From contig CAWGJO010000020.1 of assembly GCA_963822945.1 (NCBI GenBank), positions 672,001 through 736,000 on the forward strand: a stretch of DNA of 64,000 nt, given 5' to 3'. The translations under genes were made by a program, and so were the position numbers. This stretch comes from an uncultured Gemmatimonadaceae bacterium (GTDB lineage Bacteria > Gemmatimonadota > Gemmatimonadetes > Gemmatimonadales > Gemmatimonadaceae). Below, piece by piece: positions 58,986-64,000 of this stretch (positions are counted from its first letter, which is position 1; each line of letters opens with the position of its first letter). The notes beneath the pieces were generated by a model. It was not told the DNA's origin, did not search any database, and saw nothing but the letters and a program-made list of their open reading frames with translations.

Positions 58986-59902
58986 GCCGGTCCCCGGTAG
59001 TGCGGCGACTCCTGCGTCAGCCGGCGCCATTCGCGAATCGTCGCCCAGCGAACGGCGTGACGCTGCGCCAGTGCCTCGCGCAGATCACGCCCGATCCACC
59101 CGAGAATCAGCCGGAAGCCGCCCGGATCGTGCACCTTCCAGCCTCGCCGCATCTGGAAGTATGCGCGCAGTCGCATCGGCACGCGCACCGCGAGCAGGAG
59201 CAGCGGATCGTTGTAGATGGAGGCGAGCACGCCGTTCCGTACGGTGAGGTGCAGGTAGCGGCGGGCGTCGCGTCCCGCCGGGTCGGTCAGGTGGGCGATC
59301 CGCGCCTCGGGCAGATACACCACGTGCCAGCCCGCATCCAGTGCGCGCAGACACAACTCCCGTTCTTCGCCGTTGATGTTCAACTGTCGCCGGAATCCGC
59401 CGAGCGCGATGAACGCCTCCCGCCGCACCAGGTGCGCGAACCCGATGAACGAGGCCACGTAGCAGGAATGAGCCACCGGCGCCGGTTGGGCGCCCGCGGG
59501 CCATGGCTTCCCGTCGGCTTCCGCCTGCGCGAACGCGACGGCCAGGAGCGCCGGATCTCCATCCATCGTCTGCCGGGCACGTCGGATCGCATCGCCGGAC
59601 AGCAAGACGGTATCGTCGTCGAGATTCAGCACGAACGGCGACCGGGCCTGGAACACGGCTTCGGACCGCGCCGCGGCGAGCCCCTGCCCGGAATCGAAGC
59701 GCAGGACGCGCAGCTTCGCCTGTTCGCGCGGACTCAACGCGCTCCGTACGCGCGGTTCCAGCGGCTCCGGGGAGCCATCATCCACGATGATGACTTCGTC
59801 GAGGATATCGTCGATCGCGGCCAGCGACGCGACACACCGTGCAAGCGACTCCGGCCGCCCGCGGCTCGCGATACCGACCGACACCCGGTTCGCTTCGCTC
59901 AT
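58982..59902 (-). CDS. GT2 glycosyltransferase
   Basis: IIVDDGS, NLDDD (DxD), GEERELCLR. Confidence 0.9.
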   Translation of the reverse strand: MSEANRVSVGIASRGRPESLARCVASLAAIDDILDEVIIVDDGSPEPLEPRVRSALSPREQAKLRVLRFDSGQGLAAARSEAVFQARSPFVLNLDDDTVLLSGDAIRRARQTMDGDPALLAVAFAQAEADGKPWPAGAQPAPVAHSCYVASFIGFAHLVRREAFIALGGFRRQLNINGEERELCLRALDAGWHVVYLPEARIAHLTDPAGRDARRYLHLTVRNGVLASIYNDPLLLLAVRVPMRLRAYFQMRRGWKVHDPGGFRLILGWIGRDLREALAQRHAVRWATIREWRRLTQESPHYRGPA

Positions 59903-61050
59903 GCCGTCCCCCGCCGTACGGCGATCGCCGCCCGATACGACTCCACCGTCCGCTCGGCGGTCCGCGCCCAGCTGTGCGCAGCGGCCAGGGGATACGCCGC
60001 GGCGGCCAGCCGTTCGCGCAGCGCCGGATCGCGCAGCAACCGGCGCATCGCGGCAGCCAGGTCTTGCGACGTGCGCGGCGCCACCAGCAGGCCGGTTTCC
60101 CCGTCACGAATCAGCGCGGGCGCGCATCCGACCGGCGTCGAGACGACCGGCAGCCGCTGGCTCATCGCCTCGACGATCACCATGCCGAACCCTTCATAGG
60201 TGGACGGCAGCACCAGCAGATCGTGCGAGCGATACTGCCGCATGACCTCTTCCTCGCTCACCCGCTGCAGCACCGTCACGGCGCCGCGTGCGTGTGGCGC
60301 GAACTGCGACAGCACGGCCGCTTCCGGCCTCCCGGCGCCGACGATCGTGAGCCGGGCATCCGGCATCGCCGCCGCGACGTCGGAGAACGCCGCGGCCAGG
60401 TAGCGCACGCCCTTCACGTCGTCCCAGGTGCCGCAGAACAGGATGCCCCGGCCCCGCGGCGCGCCGGGCGGTGGCGCGCTGTCGAGGAACCGCGCCGACA
60501 CACCGTGGGGAACGACGTCGATGGCATCGCGCGACTTCCACCGTCGAGTGGCCGCGAAATCGGCATCGGCCGCGTTGAGCACGATCATCCGGTCGGCCAG
60601 CCGCGCCGCCAGCGCCACCTGGGAGAGTCGCGCCGCGGGATACCACCACCGGCGGTACCACCCCTTGCGGGTCAGGCCGGCGGCATCGTCGTCCAGCAGG
60701 CGCTGGTAGTTGCGGTGCTCCAGTCCGTGCGATCGGCTCACCAGGGCCACTCGGGACGACGGGGAGAGCGCCCGCCGGAGCCCCAGCATGCTGCCTTCCG
60801 CGCTCGCCACGTCGATGACGTCGTACGGTGCGGTCGCGCGCGCCACGGCTCGCGCCGCGAGCGCCGGCGCCACCGCCCAGCGGATCTTCGCCTGACCCGG
60901 CCGCACACCGAGTTCCGGGGCCAGCATCAGGTCGCATCGATGACCGAGTTGCTGCAGCTCTTCCTGCAATTTGTAGTACACCTTGCTCGAGCCGAGCCGC
61001 GAGTCGGCGGCATAGTCGCCGAGCAGGAGAATGCGCAGCGGCTCCGTCAC
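59899..61050 (-). CDS. GT4 glycosyltransferase
   Basis: VVPHGV, KG, PSTYEGFGMVIVEAMS; GTGA-coupled start. Confidence 0.9.
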   Translation of the reverse strand: MTEPLRILLLGDYAADSRLGSSKVYYKLQEELQQLGHRCDLMLAPELGVRPGQAKIRWAVAPALAARAVARATAPYDVIDVASAEGSMLGLRRALSPSSRVALVSRSHGLEHRNYQRLLDDDAAGLTRKGWYRRWWYPAARLSQVALAARLADRMIVLNAADADFAATRRWKSRDAIDVVPHGVSARFLDSAPPPGAPRGRGILFCGTWDDVKGVRYLAAAFSDVAAAMPDARLTIVGAGRPEAAVLSQFAPHARGAVTVLQRVSEEEVMRQYRSHDLLVLPSTYEGFGMVIVEAMSQRLPVVSTPVGCAPALIRDGETGLLVAPRTSQDLAAAMRRLLRDPALRERLAAAAYPLAAAHSWARTAERTVESYRAAIAVRRGTA

Positions 61051-62219
61051 GGCGCCTGCGACCTGCCGCGGGACGACAGCAACACCTCCACACTGCGTGT
61101 GATGTCGAACCGCCGTGCATAGAGTTCGGCAGCGGCCTCTCCGATGCGCCGACATCGTTCACCGTCCGCCAGTAGCCGCACGACGGCGTCGCTCATGGCG
61201 TCCGGCAGGGCGCGATCCGCGAACACCACCGCCCGGCTCATCTCCCACTCCGCCTCGGTAGCCGAACCACGGTTCGTCACCACCGGCATGCCGTTCACGA
61301 GCGCTGCCATGAGCGTGGTGCGCCGTCCACTCGCCCCATCCGCGTACGGCTGAAGCATGACGTCGCAGGCCCGGATGCACGCCGCCACGTCATCGGCGGG
61401 CAGCGTCTCCGTCACCGTCACCCGGGCCCTCCAGTCGGCAGTGTTCGCGCACAGGTGGCTCGCCAGCGCCTCACCACCGGCGCCGATGAGGCACACCCGC
61501 ACGTGGCGTTGCTCCGCGAGCAGGCGCGCAAGGGTCGGTTCGAGCAGTTGCGTGACCAGCGCACCGTAGGTCCCGAAATGCCCGACGACGCGCGTGTCGG
61601 GCGCCGGCGCGAGCCAGTCCCGCCATTCGGCGATTCTCGTCTCGTCCACGGCCTTCGGCACCGACGATGCGATCGGCAACCACACGAACCGCCGCGCCCG
61701 CGGTGCATACCGCCGCAGGCGGCGCTGCCATGCCTCGGTGGAGACGTACGCCACGCGGATGTCCGACAGCAACAGTACCGCCATCATCCGGTTCACCACG
61801 GCGAGCACGTTACGGTGCAGGGGCCAGGCCGCGAACGGGTAGAAGGGTTCGTGAAACATCACGCGCACGTCGTCGCGATGCTCGCGCGCCCGGTGCTGCA
61901 CCCAGCGGCAGAAGCCCACGTTCATGCCGCGCGCCCCGAACGCCTGGGCTACGTACTGGACGAGGATCGTGTGCGGTCCCGGCAGCTGGTCCAACTCCGC
62001 CGTCAGATATTGCAGCCCCGCATCGCCGAACCCGCCGGCGAGGCGATGGACCTGAACACGGGAGCCGCCGGTCTCCCCACCCTCGACCGCCGGCGCCCAG
62101 ACGTGCACCTCGCATCCGGCGGCCGCGAGCGCACGCGCCAGCACGGCCGTGTAGTCGCTCACCCCGCCGGACTGCGGCGGATATTCGCCGGTGATGAGAT
62201 GCCACGGGCGTTCCGTCAT
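61047..62219 (-). CDS. GT4-like glycosyltransferase
   Basis: GEYPPQSGGVSDYT, MFHE, HFG, PYADGASGRRTTLMAAL. Confidence 0.85.
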   Translation of the reverse strand: MTERPWHLITGEYPPQSGGVSDYTAVLARALAAAGCEVHVWAPAVEGGETGGSRVQVHRLAGGFGDAGLQYLTAELDQLPGPHTILVQYVAQAFGARGMNVGFCRWVQHRAREHRDDVRVMFHEPFYPFAAWPLHRNVLAVVNRMMAVLLLSDIRVAYVSTEAWQRRLRRYAPRARRFVWLPIASSVPKAVDETRIAEWRDWLAPAPDTRVVGHFGTYGALVTQLLEPTLARLLAEQRHVRVCLIGAGGEALASHLCANTADWRARVTVTETLPADDVAACIRACDVMLQPYADGASGRRTTLMAALVNGMPVVTNRGSATEAEWEMSRAVVFADRALPDAMSDAVVRLLADGERCRRIGEAAAELYARRFDITRSVEVLLSSRGRSQAP

Positions 62220-63400
62220 GCAGGTCCCTGTGATCGTGCGTCCGACAGCACGCGCTCCAGCACGTCCACGTGGCGGGAGAGGTTGAGGCGCTCGGCCATG
62301 CGCCGCGCGCCGACGCGCAGCGCGCGCAGTGTGGCGTCGTGGGCCCGCGCCTCCGCGAGCGCACGGGCCAGTCCGGCCACGCCCTCGTTCGCCTTCACCA
62401 GCCACCCGTTCTCGCCGTCGCGCAGCCAACTCTCGATCCCGCCCACGTTGAATCCGATGGCTGCGGCGCCATAAGCGCCGCCCTCGAGCCCCGTGAGCCC
62501 GAACGGTTCGGGCCATACACTCGGTACGACGACAACGGACGCCGAGCGGAACAACTCCGCGCGCCGCGCACCGTCCACCCATCCGGGGAACTCGGCCGGA
62601 ACATCCAGCGACTCGGCGAGCGATTCCCAGTCCTGACGGGCCGGTCCGTCCCCGGCCAGGGTGAGCGGAATCTTCACCCCGAGCTGGGTCGCCGCCTGCG
62701 CGGCCGCCCGGATCAGGACGTCACCGCCCTTCAGGGACGTCATCCGGCCCACGAACAGTGCGCGAAACTCGCTCGGAAGCGGCGCCGGCCGCACCGGCAT
62801 CTCGGCCGCGAACAGCGGGTTCGCCGTCACGCGCGACGCGGGCACTCCATTGGCCACGTATTCTCGCCGCATGTGTTCGCTCGGCGCCACGATCGCGACA
62901 TACCGGCCAAGAAGCGCGTGCTGCGACCGGGCCCATGTGTACTGCGTCGCCAGCGCCCGCACACTCCACTGGCAGCAGTGCCGGGGCAGGTACAGCGCGG
63001 CGCACGCCACACCGAACCGCCGGCCGCACACCACCGGCTGGGGAAAGGCGTGCATCTTGAACCCGCCGATGCACGTCCCGACGTATCCGTGGACCATTTT
63101 CGCCACCGGCATCCGATCCAGCAGCTTCTTGTCCACGGACAGGGCGCGCATGTTGTGCGAGAACGCGATGTCCGGACGCCACGCCGAGGCGGCGCGGACG
63201 GCCGCGGATACCCCCGCCTCGTCCACGCAGAAATGGGGCGCGGTGGCCCCCGCCGGCGAATCCGATGGCGTGCGCAGCCGGTCGACGTGCAGGAGCGCCA
63301 GCTCGTGGCCCCGTCCGCGGAGCCGGCGCGCGATGGCTGTCAGATACGTCTGCACTCCACCGGCGTCGCCCACGCCATCATTGACCAGAAGAATGCGCAT
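62216..63400 (-). CDS. GT4 glycosyltransferase with Cys-rich insert
   Basis: GGVQTY, FVGRMTSLKG, PSVWPEPFGLTGLE. Confidence 0.9.
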   Translation of the reverse strand: MRILLVNDGVGDAGGVQTYLTAIARRLRGRGHELALLHVDRLRTPSDSPAGATAPHFCVDEAGVSAAVRAASAWRPDIAFSHNMRALSVDKKLLDRMPVAKMVHGYVGTCIGGFKMHAFPQPVVCGRRFGVACAALYLPRHCCQWSVRALATQYTWARSQHALLGRYVAIVAPSEHMRREYVANGVPASRVTANPLFAAEMPVRPAPLPSEFRALFVGRMTSLKGGDVLIRAAAQAATQLGVKIPLTLAGDGPARQDWESLAESLDVPAEFPGWVDGARRAELFRSASVVVVPSVWPEPFGLTGLEGGAYGAAAIGFNVGGIESWLRDGENGWLVKANEGVAGLARALAEARAHDATLRALRVGARRMAERLNLSRHVDVLERVLSDARSQGPA

Positions 63401-63403
63401 CGT

Positions 63404-64000
63404 TCAGTCGCGCTCCCGCCGGGCGTGAGCCCCCGACCGTGTGACCGTGCGCACCGCTGCCGTCAGCGTTCCGGCCGCCGCCGCGACACTCATGCGGCGG
63501 CGCCAGGTCTGCAGGCGTCGCGCATCCTGGTTCGCGATGGTCGAATCCCAGCGTTCGTGGAACACCATGGCGTTGCGGAGTGCCGCCGCCTGACGCCGCT
63601 CCGACGGCGTCCGGCTGTACGTGGTGCTCAGGAGATGTTCGTACGCGCCGTCGCGTTCGAACCCGTGCGTCGCCACCTTCCATCCCGCCGCCCGAATGCG
63701 AAAACAGAAGTCCGCTTCGTCCCATTCGGTGGGCCGGAACACCTCGTCCAGCGGCCCCACACGATCGATGCATGCCCGCCGCACCGCCCACGGCCGCATC
63801 ACCGCGTCCACCTCGGTCAGCCGCAGCCAGTTGAACGGCCCGCTCCCGATGGTGCTCTCCAGCCGTCGCCAGTCGACCGAGTCGTCGAACGTCCTGATCG
63901 GTTCGTCCACCGGGTGGCAGCGCAGGCCCCGGCTGAGGCTCAGCAGCCCGATGTCGGGGTACGCGTCGAACGTGGCGAGCAACTCCGGCACGAACCACCC
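63404..64000 (-). CDS. GT2-like glycosyltransferase, 5'-truncated by window edge
   Basis: VGPLDEVF.PTEWDEADFCFRIRAAGWKV; frame open to the window end. Confidence 0.78.
   Translation of the reverse strand, partial: GWFVPELLATFDAYPDIGLLSLSRGLRCHPVDEPIRTFDDSVDWRRLESTIGSGPFNWLRLTEVDAVMRPWAVRRACIDRVGPLDEVFRPTEWDEADFCFRIRAAGWKVATHGFERDGAYEHLLSTTYSRTPSERRQAAALRNAMVFHERWDSTIANQDARRLQTWRRRMSVAAAAGTLTAAVRTVTRSGAHARRERD

Overview
GC-rich (roughly two-thirds G+C by eye) bacterial chromosome segment. Its gene repertoire (PadR+ADOP permease, VPS10/BNR protein, futalosine-pathway MqnD, ECF-HEAT operon) suggests Gemmatimonadota or a similar soil lineage; this is an inference. Positions 1-44 kb are mostly housekeeping and envelope genes: M13, M24 and S41 peptidases, a GH20 hydrolase, sahR-like regulator + ahcY, an ECF sigma/anti-sigma/HEAT operon, SPFH-DUF4178 genes, tRNA-Cys, two glutamine synthetases (type III and type I), mqnD, a histone H1-like protein and an orphan Rep-like gene. 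The standout is 44.2-52.3 kb, a lasso-peptide-type RiPP cluster. It has a PqqD/RRE, an Asn-synthetase-like cyclase lacking Cys1, a 68-aa precursor with a canonical YxxPxLxxxGxxxxxT leader and cationic core SGGRVGKHDKAVKHSRTGF, an HPr-kinase-like kinase, a nucleotidyltransferase and an ABC exporter. It starts 6 nt after a WecA-like initiating transferase and converges on a wzc + glycosyltransferase operon. No B2 leader protease is visible in the window, and the core lacks the C-terminal Ser used by known lasso kinases. All family assignments come from motif recognition, not database searches.
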